DNA of 64,000 nt from Candidatus Latescibacterota bacterium (GCA_964291625.2 OZ220089.1:768001-832000), one strand, 5' to 3'; positions 26,414 to 36,619 are shown, counted from the stretch's first letter. Made by a program: numbers and translations. The notes: generated by a model from the sequence alone, not told the origin.

Positions 26414-27187
26414 GTGGATGATGTGTCAGGCGTAACCCCCGAGGAGAGGTTCCAGTTCGATCTCGAAGGCTATCTCGTGGTGCCCGGTGTGCTCGACCGC
26501 CGGGAGGTGGCGCGGCTCAACGAGCTGGCCGACGAGGTCTGGGCCGGCGAGCCCGGCGAGGACGGCCTGCGGCGCACGAGCCGGGTCTCGCAGTGGGGCC
26601 CCGCCTTCCGCGACCTGATCGACCATCCCCGCATCCTTCCCTACCTGGTGGAGTGGCTGGGGCCGAAGTTCCGCATCGATCACGACTACTGCATCTTCAT
26701 GAGCCCCGGCGCCAGCCGCGGCCATCTCCACGGCGGACCGGCGCCCCAGTCGGGGGAGGGCGACCACTGGTACCGCTACTACCCCGACGGCACGATCCGC
26801 AACGGCCTCACCGTCTTCACGTACAACCTGAGCGACTGCAATCCCGGCGACGGCGGCTTCGCCTGCATCCCCGGAAGCCACAAGACCAACCTGCGCTCCT
26901 CGGTTCCGCGGGAGGTGATGCGCTTCGAGCGCCCCGCCCACTACGTGCGGCAGCCGCCGGCGAAGGCGGGCGACGTCCTCATCTTCACCGAAGCGCTGAT
27001 CCACGGCACCCTTCCGTGGACGGCCAGCCACGAGCGCCGGGCCCTGCTCTACAAATACAGCCCCGGCCACTCCTCCTGGAGCGACACCTACTACGATCCC
27101 GCCGAATATCCCGGCGCGACGGAGCAGCAGATCCGCATCATGGCCCCGCCCTCCGTGGGCCGGCGGCCCGACTCGGTGCAGGCCTGA
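26414..27187 (+). CDS. PhyH-family Fe(II)/2-oxoglutarate enzyme (HGG variant)
   Basis: FDLEGYLVV, LHGG, GGFACIPGSHK, KAGDVLIFTEALIHGT, RRALLYKY. Confidence 0.9.
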   Translation: MDDVSGVTPEERFQFDLEGYLVVPGVLDRREVARLNELADEVWAGEPGEDGLRRTSRVSQWGPAFRDLIDHPRILPYLVEWLGPKFRIDHDYCIFMSPGASRGHLHGGPAPQSGEGDHWYRYYPDGTIRNGLTVFTYNLSDCNPGDGGFACIPGSHKTNLRSSVPREVMRFERPAHYVRQPPAKAGDVLIFTEALIHGTLPWTASHERRALLYKYSPGHSSWSDTYYDPAEYPGATEQQIRIMAPPSVGRRPDSVQA

Positions 27188-27408
27188 GTGGATTCCCCGG
27201 CCGCCAACCCTCTCAGGCCGGACGCCGTCAGCTCTTCATCGATAGCGGGGTGATGGAGGACCCGCGCGAACCGGACCCGGGGCGCCGCTACAAGATGCTC
27301 CACCGGGACCGGACGGGAAAGCGGGAGCCGGGCGTCGGCCCCCGCGACGACGCACGTCTCAAGCTCCACCTGCGATCCACCCGTCGGCACTCGTTTCCCA
27401 TCGACTGA
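27188..27408 (+). pseudogene. Collapsed remnant of a glycosidase-like beta-propeller gene
   Basis: RRQLFID, VMEDPREPDPGRRYKM and LKLHLRSTRRHSFPID resemble the N-terminal, middle and C-terminal motifs of a much longer family, here packed into about 70 codons. Confidence 0.4.
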
Positions 27409-27417
27409 GGACTCTCC

Positions 27418-30129
27418 ATGCCATCATACGACGATGTCTGGATCACCCGCGGCTTCGAGGCCTTCCGGCGGGGCACCTTCGGCAACGCCGGACAGAACCT
27501 CTACGTCTCGCGCGCCGGGGTCCTGCAGCGCATCCATCACCTCGACCTCAACCGCGACGGCTACGTGGACCTGGTGTTCTGCAACGCCCAGGTCCACATG
27601 GAGGCGCCGCCGGCCTTCGTCTACGGCGACGTCTTCGGCGCCTGCCACCGCACCGAGCTGCCCGCCGGCGGCAGCCCGACAGCGGCGGTGGCCGACATCA
27701 GCGGCGATGGCTACGCCGACCTGATCATCGGCAACGAGAAGAGCGGCAACGCCGGGCGCCTGAACGCCAACATCTACTTCGGTTCGCCCGAGGGGTTGAG
27801 CGAGCGCTACCAGACCCTGGTGCCCGCCCACAAGTGCACGTCGGTGGCCGCCGGCGACTTCGACGGCGACGGGCGGGTGGACCTGGCCTTCATGACCGAG
27901 GGCCACGTGCGCCTGTTCCAGCAGACCGAACTGGGCCTCGAGGCCAAGAGGTACGTCGACACCGAGATCGAGGGGGTGCAGCTCGGGGCCGCCGACCTGG
28001 ACGGCGACGGCCATGACGAGCTGATCGTCACTGCCGACGACCGGCCGCCCCGCATCTACTGGGGCGGCGAGGGCGGGATCGATCCCGGCCGCTTCACTCA
28101 GGTGCCGGCGCCGGAGGGCTGGGAGCCGCCCGGCCTGGCCGAGACCGAGCTGCTCTCCGAGGAGGAGCGGGTGGGGCCGGTGGCGCCCCTGGCGATCGCC
28201 CTCCGGATCGCCGGCGAGCGGCTGCTCTTCGTGGCCGGCGGCGCCTCCCAGTTCCTGGTGCCCGTCGGGGATGACCGCTCCTTCGGACCGCCCCTGAGCT
28301 TCGCCTGCCGCAACGCCCTCTCCGTGGCCGCCGGCGACTTCGACGGCGACGGACTGCTTGACCTGGCCTTCGCCTGCCGCGACGTGGACGGCGGCGACGA
28401 GTGCAGCTGGCTCTACTTCGGCGGCGAGAGCGGGTTCTCCGAGGACGCCCGCCTGGCAGTGCCGACCCACCGCGCCTGCGACGCGGTCCTGGCCGACCTG
28501 AGCGGCGACGGCGCATCCGACCTGGTGATCTGCCAGCAGCGGACGGCGCGGCTCTTCAGCGTCGACTCCCTGGCCTTCGCCGGCGGCGCCCGCCAACTCG
28601 GCGAGCCGGTGCGGCTGCCAGCCCACGGCGCCCGGCGGGTGCTGGCGGCCCGGTTCTCCGACGATCCCCTCCCCCAGGTGGTCTTCGCCAACGCCGAGGG
28701 CCGGCGCGCCGATCAGGGCGTGGACAGCTACCTCTACTACGGGGGGCCGGACGGGTTCTCGCCCGAGCGCCGCACCGAGCTGCGCAGCCCCGGCACCGCC
28801 GGGGCCCTGGCCTGCGACATCGACGACGACGGCTGGGCGGACCTGCTGTTCATCAACAGCTGGGAGAACGCCATCCACCTCGACGCCGGCTCCTACCTCT
28901 ACCGCGGCGGTCCCGAGGGCTTCCGCAACGAGCCCGACCTGGTCATCCCCACCCGCTACGGCTGGTTCGCCGCCATGGCCGACCTCGACCGCGACGGCTA
29001 CCTCGACCTGGTCATCTCCCATTTCCACAAGGCGGAGATCCACATCTACCGCGGCGCCCCGGGAGGCTTCGACCTGGAGTCTCCGCAGGTGTTCACCGTC
29101 CTGGACGGCCCCGGCGACTACATCCCGCCCCGGCGGCTGGCCCTAGCCGACTTCGACCGTGACGGGTGGCTGGACCTGGTCATCTCCGGCACCGGCCTGA
29201 ACCGCCTGGTGATCCTGCGCGGCGGCCCCGACGGGTTCAGCCCCGAGCGGCGCTGGACGCTGCCCACCTCCAACATCTCCGGCTACCCCGTAGCCCACGA
29301 CCTCACCGGCAACGGCTGGCCCGACCTCCTCCTCGGTGGCGGCAAGCCGACCTTCGGCCAGCCCCACGACTCCTTCAACCACATCTTCTGGAACGGTCCC
29401 GAGGGCCTGCGCGCCGACCGCCAGACCCAGTTGCCCTGCAACACCGGGCACCGGGTGGCGGTGGCCGACTTCAACGGCGACGGCATCCCCGACCTGCTCT
29501 GCTGCGGCTACACGAGCACCGTCGAGCGGGACATCGACGCCCTCATCTACTGGGGCAACCGCGAGACCGGCTTTCGGCCCGGCGACTTCACGCGGCTCCG
29601 GGCCCACTCCTCGGCCGGCTGCCTGGCCGCCGACTTCAACGGCAACGGCTACGTGGACATCGCCATCGCCAACCACAAGACCTTCGGCGATCACCTGGGC
29701 GAGTCCTTCGTCTACTGGAACGGCCCGGAGGGGTTCTCCGAGGAGCGCCGCACCCGCCTGCCCACGTCGGGGCCCCACGACCTCGCCTTCGCCCAGACCC
29801 GCAACATGACGGACAACTCCGAGCAGGAGTACTACGTCTCCGAGCCGTACCACCTGCCCGAGGGGGCCCGGGTGCGGCGCCTGGACTGGGAGGCGGATCT
29901 GGCGCCGAAGACCTGGGTCCGCGCCCAGCTGCGCAGCGCCTCGTCGCCCGAGGGGCTGGAGGCGGCGCCGTGGACCACCGGCCACGAGGAGGAGTGGCTG
30001 GAACGGGGCGAGGCGGTGCCTGCGGAGGCCACGCAGGGGCGGTGGATCCAGTACCGGCTGGCGCTGGGAGCGGTCAGCGGCGGGTGTACCCCGAGGGTGA
30101 GCGAGGTGCGGGTCGAGCACGGGGGGTGA
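27418..30129 (+). CDS. FG-GAP/VCBS repeat protein
   Basis: More than 12 D-x-D/N-x-D-G-x-x-D-L motifs and YWG motifs. No obvious signal peptide. Confidence 0.9.
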   Translation: MPSYDDVWITRGFEAFRRGTFGNAGQNLYVSRAGVLQRIHHLDLNRDGYVDLVFCNAQVHMEAPPAFVYGDVFGACHRTELPAGGSPTAAVADISGDGYADLIIGNEKSGNAGRLNANIYFGSPEGLSERYQTLVPAHKCTSVAAGDFDGDGRVDLAFMTEGHVRLFQQTELGLEAKRYVDTEIEGVQLGAADLDGDGHDELIVTADDRPPRIYWGGEGGIDPGRFTQVPAPEGWEPPGLAETELLSEEERVGPVAPLAIALRIAGERLLFVAGGASQFLVPVGDDRSFGPPLSFACRNALSVAAGDFDGDGLLDLAFACRDVDGGDECSWLYFGGESGFSEDARLAVPTHRACDAVLADLSGDGASDLVICQQRTARLFSVDSLAFAGGARQLGEPVRLPAHGARRVLAARFSDDPLPQVVFANAEGRRADQGVDSYLYYGGPDGFSPERRTELRSPGTAGALACDIDDDGWADLLFINSWENAIHLDAGSYLYRGGPEGFRNEPDLVIPTRYGWFAAMADLDRDGYLDLVISHFHKAEIHIYRGAPGGFDLESPQVFTVLDGPGDYIPPRRLALADFDRDGWLDLVISGTGLNRLVILRGGPDGFSPERRWTLPTSNISGYPVAHDLTGNGWPDLLLGGGKPTFGQPHDSFNHIFWNGPEGLRADRQTQLPCNTGHRVAVADFNGDGIPDLLCCGYTSTVERDIDALIYWGNRETGFRPGDFTRLRAHSSAGCLAADFNGNGYVDIAIANHKTFGDHLGESFVYWNGPEGFSEERRTRLPTSGPHDLAFAQTRNMTDNSEQEYYVSEPYHLPEGARVRRLDWEADLAPKTWVRAQLRSASSPEGLEAAPWTTGHEEEWLERGEAVPAEATQGRWIQYRLALGAVSGGCTPRVSEVRVEHGG

Positions 30130-30142
30130 GAGCCCCGCCGCT

Positions 30143-31306
30143 TCAGATCACTCCCGACAGATCCGCCACGAAGAGCTGGCGCACGCCTTCCGGGGCCGCC
30201 TGGAAGCAGACCTTCCGGTAGTCGCGGCTCCAGACGGGGTGGCCGTCCAGGCGGAGCGGCCGCTGCTCGAGGGAGCGCTGGTCGATCGTCGGCAGGGCGC
30301 ACAGGCCGCACTGCCTCTGCGCGTGGAGATCCGCCAGGCGCAGCACCACATCCTGCCCACCGTTGCCGGCGAGATAGTCGGTGATCAGCCAGCGGCCCGA
30401 GGGCTCCACGCTCGGGTGACCTCCGCCCTCCAGGGTATCGCTCAGCAGCCGGCGGCCGGTGCCGTCGCGGTTCACCTGGCAGTAGCGGATCCCGCCCTCC
30501 TCCTCCACGTTGCGCACCAGGTGCTCGCCGTCCCCTTGCCAGTTCGGATGCCCTCCCCCGGCGTTCCAGGGGGAGTCGAAGGGCAGGAAGCACAGGTTGC
30601 CGCCGTCCGGGTCCATGGCGAAGGTGGCGGGGTTCCGCCCCCCGGAGCCGTCCGGGAAGAGGCAGCGCAGGACCTGCATGATGCCGGTGCCCTGGCGGTT
30701 GAACTTGGAGTGCCAGAAGTAGAAGGTGCCGTCCTCCCGGGGCAGCGGGCGCGGCAGGCGGGCGGCCGCGTCGGCCAGGCTCAGCAGCAGGGTGCGCTCG
30801 CCGGTGGCCAGGTCGGTGCGCCAGATGCCTTCGTCCTCCGCCGCGCCCGGAGGCAGACGCCGGGGCCGTAGGGGATCGGCGCAGGGCACGCCGTACCCCG
30901 GCTGGGTGGCGTCGAGCAGCTCCAGCGGAAAGCCGATGACGCAGGACTCGTCCGGGGCGATGTGGTACATCGGTCCGGCGAAGACCGTCCTCTCCCCGGA
31001 GGCGAGATCGATACGCACGCAGCGGGCCTCGCCGTCGACGACGTCGTTGGTGTAGAGGCGGCGGTCGGTGGCTCCCCAGTTGAGCAGCGCCCCGGTCTGG
31101 AAGCCCCAGCAGCGGGTGGTGCCGACGGTGCGGATCGACTGTTCCCGCAGGTCGATGACGCAGATCTGCGCCTCGTCCCCGAGGACCGCCAGGCGGTCCT
31201 CGAAGGGCAGTCGCGTCGCGGCCAGGTAGCGCTGGGAAGGGCTGAAGGGGCAGACGTCGTAGTAGGTGTGGACGTATGGCGCGTCCCTCGGAGTCACCCG
31301 CGTCAC
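30143..31306 (-). CDS. Hypothetical beta-propeller protein (TolB/oligogalacturonate lyase-like)
   Basis: YYDVCPFSPSQRYLA, GGHPNW, GGHPS, LDGHPVWSRD. Start is uncertain. Confidence 0.7.
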   Translation of the reverse strand: MTRVTPRDAPYVHTYYDVCPFSPSQRYLAATRLPFEDRLAVLGDEAQICVIDLREQSIRTVGTTRCWGFQTGALLNWGATDRRLYTNDVVDGEARCVRIDLASGERTVFAGPMYHIAPDESCVIGFPLELLDATQPGYGVPCADPLRPRRLPPGAAEDEGIWRTDLATGERTLLLSLADAAARLPRPLPREDGTFYFWHSKFNRQGTGIMQVLRCLFPDGSGGRNPATFAMDPDGGNLCFLPFDSPWNAGGGHPNWQGDGEHLVRNVEEEGGIRYCQVNRDGTGRRLLSDTLEGGGHPSVEPSGRWLITDYLAGNGGQDVVLRLADLHAQRQCGLCALPTIDQRSLEQRPLRLDGHPVWSRDYRKVCFQAAPEGVRQLFVADLSGVI

Positions 31307-31389
31307 GGGAACCTCGAAGGCGCCGGGGCGGAAGGGCTCGAACTCGCAGGAGCACTCCCCCGCGGAGTCGCCCCTCCCGGCCGGACGGG

Positions 31390-32328
31390 TCAGGGGGTCC
31401 AGGTCCTGGCCAGCTCGGCGTACTCCCGCGCCTGGCCGGCGATGTCGACACCCACATCGGCGGACCAGGCGTCGAGGATCTCCCGGAAGACGGGGCCGGG
31501 GCGGCCGTCCCCCACGGGGCGGAAGTCGAAGCGGGTGATCGGCACCATGCAGATGGAGGTGCTCGTGAACCAGGCCTCCTCGGCGCCGCGCACGTCGTAG
31601 GGCTCCAGGTCGGCCTCGACCACGGGGCGGCCGAGCTTCTCGGCCAGCTCCATGCAGGCGCCCCGGGAGACGCCGCGCAAGATGTCGTGGGGATGGGGCG
31701 TCAGGATCTGCCCGTCCTTGACCATGAAGAAGTTGTTTCCCGTGCCCTCGGTGACGAAGCCGCGCTCGTCGGTGAGCAGGGCCATGGCGCCCTCCTCCAT
31801 GCGGCTCACCTGCAGGTCGGCGCGCTTGTAGAAGATGCGGCTGCGGCTCTTCACCTTCGGGTCGATGTAGCGCGCCGGCACCGACTGCTGCTGGGGGATG
31901 ATGAAGTGGGCCCCCGACTCGTACTTGTCGGCCAGGCCGCCGATGTGGCGCACCAGGGGGATGACGTTGATCGTCACGATCGGGCTGTCGCCCTCGGGGA
32001 CCAGCTCGGCGTAGAGGCCGAGGGCGCCGCGGGTGACGTCGTGCATGATCTGGAAGTCGTAGTCGCCGAGGGCCTCGCGGTTGCGCTCGATGGTGGCGTA
32101 CGTGGCCTCCTCCATGTCGTCGATGGACATCTCCAGGTCGATCTCGGCGTAGTCGATGGAGGCGTAGAGGCGGTCCAGATGCTCGCGCAGGCGGTAGGGC
32201 TTCTGCCCGAAGGAGCGGGTCATCTCGAAGACCATGTCCCCGTACATCAGGGCCGAGTCGAAGATGGAGATGCGGGCCTCCTCCTCGGCGACGAACTCCC
32301 CGTTGAAGTAGACCCGGCGGCTCGACAT
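31390..32328 (-). CDS. Class IV PLP aminotransferase (IlvE/PabC-like)
   Basis: YGDMVFEMTR, HLDRL, catalytic K in VKSRSR, EGTGNNFF, ILRGVSR. Confidence 0.93.
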   Translation of the reverse strand: MSSRRVYFNGEFVAEEEARISIFDSALMYGDMVFEMTRSFGQKPYRLREHLDRLYASIDYAEIDLEMSIDDMEEATYATIERNREALGDYDFQIMHDVTRGALGLYAELVPEGDSPIVTINVIPLVRHIGGLADKYESGAHFIIPQQQSVPARYIDPKVKSRSRIFYKRADLQVSRMEEGAMALLTDERGFVTEGTGNNFFMVKDGQILTPHPHDILRGVSRGACMELAEKLGRPVVEADLEPYDVRGAEEAWFTSTSICMVPITRFDFRPVGDGRPGPVFREILDAWSADVGVDIAGQAREYAELARTWTP

Positions 32329-32388
32329 CAGCGTTCTCCCTGTCGCGTGTGGATCTCCCGGCGGCGTGCGCCGCGGCTCGGACCCGCG

Positions 32389-33381
32389 TCAGCCGCGGAT
32401 CCCCCTGAGCAGCGTCTCCTGCACGAGCAGCTCGTGCTCCCGGGGCCGGTCGGGCTCCTGGCCGCCGGCGATCGTCGCCAGGAAGGCTTCCAGCTCCCGG
32501 TCGTAGGAGGTCTGGCGGTCGCAGCCCTCCAGCTCGACGATCTGCTCGCCCTTGCGGAAGCCGCCGCGGTCCTCGTCGAGGCAGAGACGCACCGCGTGGC
32601 CCGGCTCGAAGGGCTCCAAAATGATGGCGCTGCCCCGGGTGCCGTAGACCTCGAAGCGGCGCGCCATGGGCGCCGTCTCCATGGCGGCGATGTCGACGAT
32701 GGCCATGGCCCGGTCGAACTCGTAGACCCCGAGGGTGTTGTCGCTGAAGGCGGGGACCTGCCCCGTGTCGTTGCGCAGGAAGGCGGTGACCCGGGCGGGC
32801 CGGCCCAGCATCCACACGACCAGGTCGAGCATGTGGCCGGCGAGATCGTAGTGGACACCGCCGGCGTGGGCCTCGGCGATGCGCTCGCGCGCCTCAGGGG
32901 GGACGCTGGTCGACATGTGGGCGCGCACCGAGAAGACGTCGCCGAGGAACCCCGAGCGGGCCCACTCCGTCACCTGGGCGAAGATCGGGTTGTAGCGCAG
33001 CATGTAGCCCATCTGCACGTGCAGGCCCTGCTCGCGGGCGCTGTCGAGGACGCGCTCCCACTGCCCGTAGTCGTCCCCGGCGGGCTTGTCGTACCACACG
33101 TGCTTCCCCGCGGCGACGATCTGCTCGGTCTGGTCGAGGCTCTGGGAGTTGCGTCCCTCCGAGGCGACGGCGGCGATGCTGTCGTCGGCCAGCATCTCCT
33201 CGGCGGTTTCGTACCAGTGCAGACCTTCGTACACGGGATTGTCCGCGGCGCGGCGGCGCTCTTCGTCGTCGGGCTCGCAGATCCCGGCGACCTCGACGAC
33301 GGGGCTGCTCCTCATGGAGCGCATCTTGCCCGCCGCGTGGCCGTGGCCGGTGCCTGTCTGGGCCATGCGCACTCTGTTCAT
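32389..33381 (-). CDS. Gfo/Idh/MocA oxidoreductase
   Basis: GTGHGHA, GKHVWYDKP, GYMLRY, DLAGHMLD. Confidence 0.92.
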   Translation of the reverse strand: MNRVRMAQTGTGHGHAAGKMRSMRSSPVVEVAGICEPDDEERRRAADNPVYEGLHWYETAEEMLADDSIAAVASEGRNSQSLDQTEQIVAAGKHVWYDKPAGDDYGQWERVLDSAREQGLHVQMGYMLRYNPIFAQVTEWARSGFLGDVFSVRAHMSTSVPPEARERIAEAHAGGVHYDLAGHMLDLVVWMLGRPARVTAFLRNDTGQVPAFSDNTLGVYEFDRAMAIVDIAAMETAPMARRFEVYGTRGSAIILEPFEPGHAVRLCLDEDRGGFRKGEQIVELEGCDRQTSYDRELEAFLATIAGGQEPDRPREHELLVQETLLRGIRG

Positions 33382-33459
33382 CGGCCAGCTCTCCTTGCGA
33401 TCCTGAAGCGGGCAAGAGTATCCCGGGGAGGGGGGTGGGGCAAGAATGGGCGACCGCCC

Positions 33460-34653
33460 TCAGGCCGATGCCGTCGCCGGCACCTCCCCGAGAGCAATGT
33501 CCCTGATCGGCAGGTGGACGACCGCGGCGGCGATCCCAAGGACAATCGCCCCGACCCAGACGGCATCGTAAGACCCCGTGGCGTCGTAGATGCGGCCCCC
33601 GAGCCAGACCCCCAGGAAGCCGCCGACCTGGTGGCTGAAGAAGACGATCCCGTAGAGAGAGGAGAGCCGAGCCGGTCCGAAGATCTGCGCCACCATGCCG
33701 CTGGTGAGGGGCACGGTGGCCAGCCACAGGAAGCCGATGGCGCAGGCGAAGACCAAGGCGGTGGCGGTGGTGACCGGCACCACCAGGAAGCCGCTGATGA
33801 TGAGGGCCCGGGCGAGGTAGAGGAAGCTGAGGAGGTACTTCTTCCGGTAGCGGTCGCCGAGGCGGCCGAAAAGCCACGATCCCCCCATGTTGAACAGCCC
33901 CACGAGAGCGAGGGCCGTGGCCGCGATCATCTCGGGGAGTCCGTGGTCGGCGAGGTAGGGCGGCAGGTGGGTGGCGATGAAGGCGACGTGGAAGCCGCAG
34001 ACGAAGAAGCCGGCGTTGAGCAGCAGGTAGCCCGAGTGCCGGCCCGCCCGCGACAGGTGGCGGGAGAAGCTGTCCTCGATGTCGGAGGCGTGGGGGGCCT
34101 GCGAGGCCCGCGGGAACCCGAGGGCGAAGGGGGCGATGGCCGCGACCACGGCGGCGCCGTAGAGCAGGGTCGCCTGCCAGGAGACGGTCTGGATGAGCCA
34201 CTGGATCAGCGGCACGACGGCGAAGGTGCCGAAGGAGCCGGCGGCGGTCACGAGGCCGAAGGACGAGGCCCTCTTCTCGGCGGGCACGACGCGGGCCACG
34301 GCGCCGAGGAGGACGACGTAGGAGGTGGCGCTGAGAGCGAGACCGACCAGGGCCCCGAGGGAGAGGTAGGTGAGCCAGGGGGTGCTGGCCACGGCGAGGA
34401 GGGCGAAGCCGGCCGCGTAGAGGAGGGCTCCCACGGCCACCACCCGGCGGGGGCCGATGCGGTCGGCGAGGATCCCGGCGACCGGCAGCCCGAAGAGGAT
34501 GTTCTGCAGGGCCATGGCGAGGCTGAAGGTCTCCCGGCCCGTGGACAGCGCTTCGGTCACCGGCTGCAGGAAGAGGCCGAAGGACTGCCTTGCACCCATG
34601 GAGACGGCGACGATGACCGCGCTCACCAGGATGACGAGGGTGGATCTGCTCAA
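33460..34653 (-). CDS. MFS transporter
   Basis: About 12 TM helices, GILADRIGPRR, FFVCGFH, HQVGGFLGVWLGG. Confidence 0.93.
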   Translation of the reverse strand: MSRSTLVILVSAVIVAVSMGARQSFGLFLQPVTEALSTGRETFSLAMALQNILFGLPVAGILADRIGPRRVVAVGALLYAAGFALLAVASTPWLTYLSLGALVGLALSATSYVVLLGAVARVVPAEKRASSFGLVTAAGSFGTFAVVPLIQWLIQTVSWQATLLYGAAVVAAIAPFALGFPRASQAPHASDIEDSFSRHLSRAGRHSGYLLLNAGFFVCGFHVAFIATHLPPYLADHGLPEMIAATALALVGLFNMGGSWLFGRLGDRYRKKYLLSFLYLARALIISGFLVVPVTTATALVFACAIGFLWLATVPLTSGMVAQIFGPARLSSLYGIVFFSHQVGGFLGVWLGGRIYDATGSYDAVWVGAIVLGIAAAVVHLPIRDIALGEVPATASA

Positions 34654-34742
34654 GACGGGGCGTGGGGGCCGGCCGGAGCTCAGGCTCGGCGGCTCCGATG
34701 GGCAACGGGGGATCGGTGGCTGGCCGCGGTCAGGGGTTGGCT

Positions 34743-35321
34743 CTATCCGCCGCCAAGCCGGACGCCGAGGCCGAGGACGAGGGAGAAGACGTCAGCTTCG
34801 GCATCGAGCCATCGGCGATACTGCCCTTCCATTCGCAGAAGAAGAGCAGGCCGGATGCGCCATTGGTAACCCAAACCGAACCCGGCGCTGTAATCGGTCT
34901 CGGAATAGTCTTTGGTGACCCTGTCAGCCCAATCAACCCAACTCAGGGAGCCTTGCCCCAGCAGGTAGATGCCGGGCCTTGAGCTGCCTCCCGGAAAGAA
35001 GGCGGCCCGGCCTCCCAGCCAGAGTGCATTGAGCGTTGAGTCGAAACTCTCCCCAACATACTCAAAATCCGAGGAAGTCCTCCGAAAGGCGAACTCCGGA
35101 CCAATGGCCAGTTGCTCACCTGGAAGCCAGGATACGTAAAGTGAGGGCAGAGACGGGGCCGGCCCAGGAATCTCCCCCCCGGGAAACTGAATCAAAGTCC
35201 CGTCTCCCGTATCGTCCGTGCCACGGCTGGCCACCCCGAACAGCATCCCCACTTCCTGGGCCGTAGCCTGCGAGACCAGCATGAGAGCCACAAAGCAGGT
35301 CAGCAACGTACGAAGCTGCAT
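34743..35321 (-). CDS. Small outer-membrane beta-barrel protein
   Basis: Signal peptide, alternating beta strands, C-terminal LGLGVRL. Lower GC than the flanks. Confidence 0.7.
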   Translation of the reverse strand: MQLRTLLTCFVALMLVSQATAQEVGMLFGVASRGTDDTGDGTLIQFPGGEIPGPAPSLPSLYVSWLPGEQLAIGPEFAFRRTSSDFEYVGESFDSTLNALWLGGRAAFFPGGSSRPGIYLLGQGSLSWVDWADRVTKDYSETDYSAGFGLGYQWRIRPALLLRMEGQYRRWLDAEADVFSLVLGLGVRLGGG

Positions 35322-35412
35322 GGTGCACCTCCTCGGCGCGCCCTGGGGGGCCGGCTGTCGGCTGACTTGCGGACGCGCGCGCCGGGGGCGGCGGATCCCG
35401 AGCGCAGGTGCC

Positions 35413-36273
35413 TCAGGCCGCTTCCAGCCGGTTCTCCGGCATGTTCTCCAGCCGCGTCAGCCAGTAGTGGGCGTCGAAGTTGTCGTCGCCGGTGAGGAAC
35501 CTCCACAGCTTGATGCGGTTGACGATCTCCAGGCGCCCGTCGGCGGCCTCGAACCAGGGCTCCTGCTGGTTGAGGATCGTGGCGACCCCCTGCTGGTGGC
35601 TCGACCCGCCGTAGATGATCTCCGGCCCTCCGCCCTCCTCCAGGTCGTCGGTGTTCCACAGCCGCAGCTGCCGCACCGCCGGGTTGAGGCGGATCTTGAA
35701 CATGTAGCGGACGCGGTCGGTCTGGTTCCGCCGGCCGCAGTGCCAGATGCCGTGGTGGACGACGGCCAGGGTGCCGGCCTTGCAGACCATGGGCAGCTGG
35801 CCGAGGAAGTTCTGGTAGCGGCCAACGTCGAGCTCGTTGACGCGGCGGAAGTGGCTTCCCGGCAGGAGCATGGTGCCGCCCATCTCCAGCGGGACGTCGT
35901 GGGGGAAGTACATGAGCTGGATGTCGAAGTGCATGCGCGTGTCGATGATCGAGTCGCCGTGCAGCCCCTGGGCGTGGCCCTCGTTGGGCTGGCGCACGTG
36001 GACGGCCTGGTGGTCGAAGAGCGGGTCCGGGCCGACAAGGCTCTGGACGATCCCGTGGATCTCCGGCATCCGGAGCATGCGCCCGATGGCGGACTCGGGA
36101 TAGCACTTCGACAGGGGCGTGCCCGCCGGCTGGCTGGCGATGCCGTCGCCGTCGATCTCGGCGATCACCGCCTGGTTGATCTCCTCGGGCACGATCTCGT
36201 CGAACCGCAGCACGCCGCGGGCGACGAACTCGGACATCTGTCTCGAGTCGAGCAGGTATTGCTTGTCCACCAT
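35413..36273 (-). CDS. PhyH-family dioxygenase (canonical HxD)
   Basis: LHGD, GGTMLLPGSH, HHGIWH, RYMFKIR. Confidence 0.9.
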   Translation of the reverse strand: MVDKQYLLDSRQMSEFVARGVLRFDEIVPEEINQAVIAEIDGDGIASQPAGTPLSKCYPESAIGRMLRMPEIHGIVQSLVGPDPLFDHQAVHVRQPNEGHAQGLHGDSIIDTRMHFDIQLMYFPHDVPLEMGGTMLLPGSHFRRVNELDVGRYQNFLGQLPMVCKAGTLAVVHHGIWHCGRRNQTDRVRYMFKIRLNPAVRQLRLWNTDDLEEGGGPEIIYGGSSHQQGVATILNQQEPWFEAADGRLEIVNRIKLWRFLTGDDNFDAHYWLTRLENMPENRLEAA

Positions 36274-36551
36274 CAGTCGATCTCCTCCAGCTTCTCGAAG
36301 ATGAACTCGTTCTTCTGAAACGAGGTTGTGTACTCGGTGCCCGGATAGGGCGGGTTCAGCTGCGGGAACTGGATCACCCGCCAGCCGTCGAGCAGGGCGT
36401 CGAGGCCGGTGGCGTACGGGGGCTCGGTGCTGTCGCCGGTCGTGTGGTGCTCCCGGCCGGTGCCGTCGTAGAAGGTCCAGCCCTTGACCGGGCTGTCGAG
36501 GGCGGAGTAGGACAGGTAGAGGATCATCACTTTCTGTCGGCGCTGCGGCAT
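36273..36551 (-). CDS. Small hypothetical protein coupled to PhyH
   Basis: 92 aa with good codon bias; TGATG overlap with the PhyH gene. Confidence 0.75.
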   Translation of the reverse strand: MPQRRQKVMILYLSYSALDSPVKGWTFYDGTGREHHTTGDSTEPPYATGLDALLDGWRVIQFPQLNPPYPGTEYTTSFQKNEFIFEKLEEID

Positions 36552-36581
36552 CGTCGACCTTCCCCCGGCTGGTTCTTACGT

Positions 36582-36619
36582 AAAAAGGCCGCCGGGTCCC
36601 CCTCGGCCCGGCGGCCTTT
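36582..36619 (-). terminator. Rho-independent terminator
   Basis: Minus strand AAAGGCCGCCGGG-loop-CCCGGCGGCC-TTTTT, downstream of 36681-37001. Confidence 0.8.

Noticed and set aside
31276-34869. Very long antisense or alternate-frame ORFs (also 16349-18826, 9121-11244, 43417-45474, 37050-39188 and others)
   Set aside because: Shadow ORFs from high GC3 codon bias opposite well-supported genes; they carry no domain motifs.
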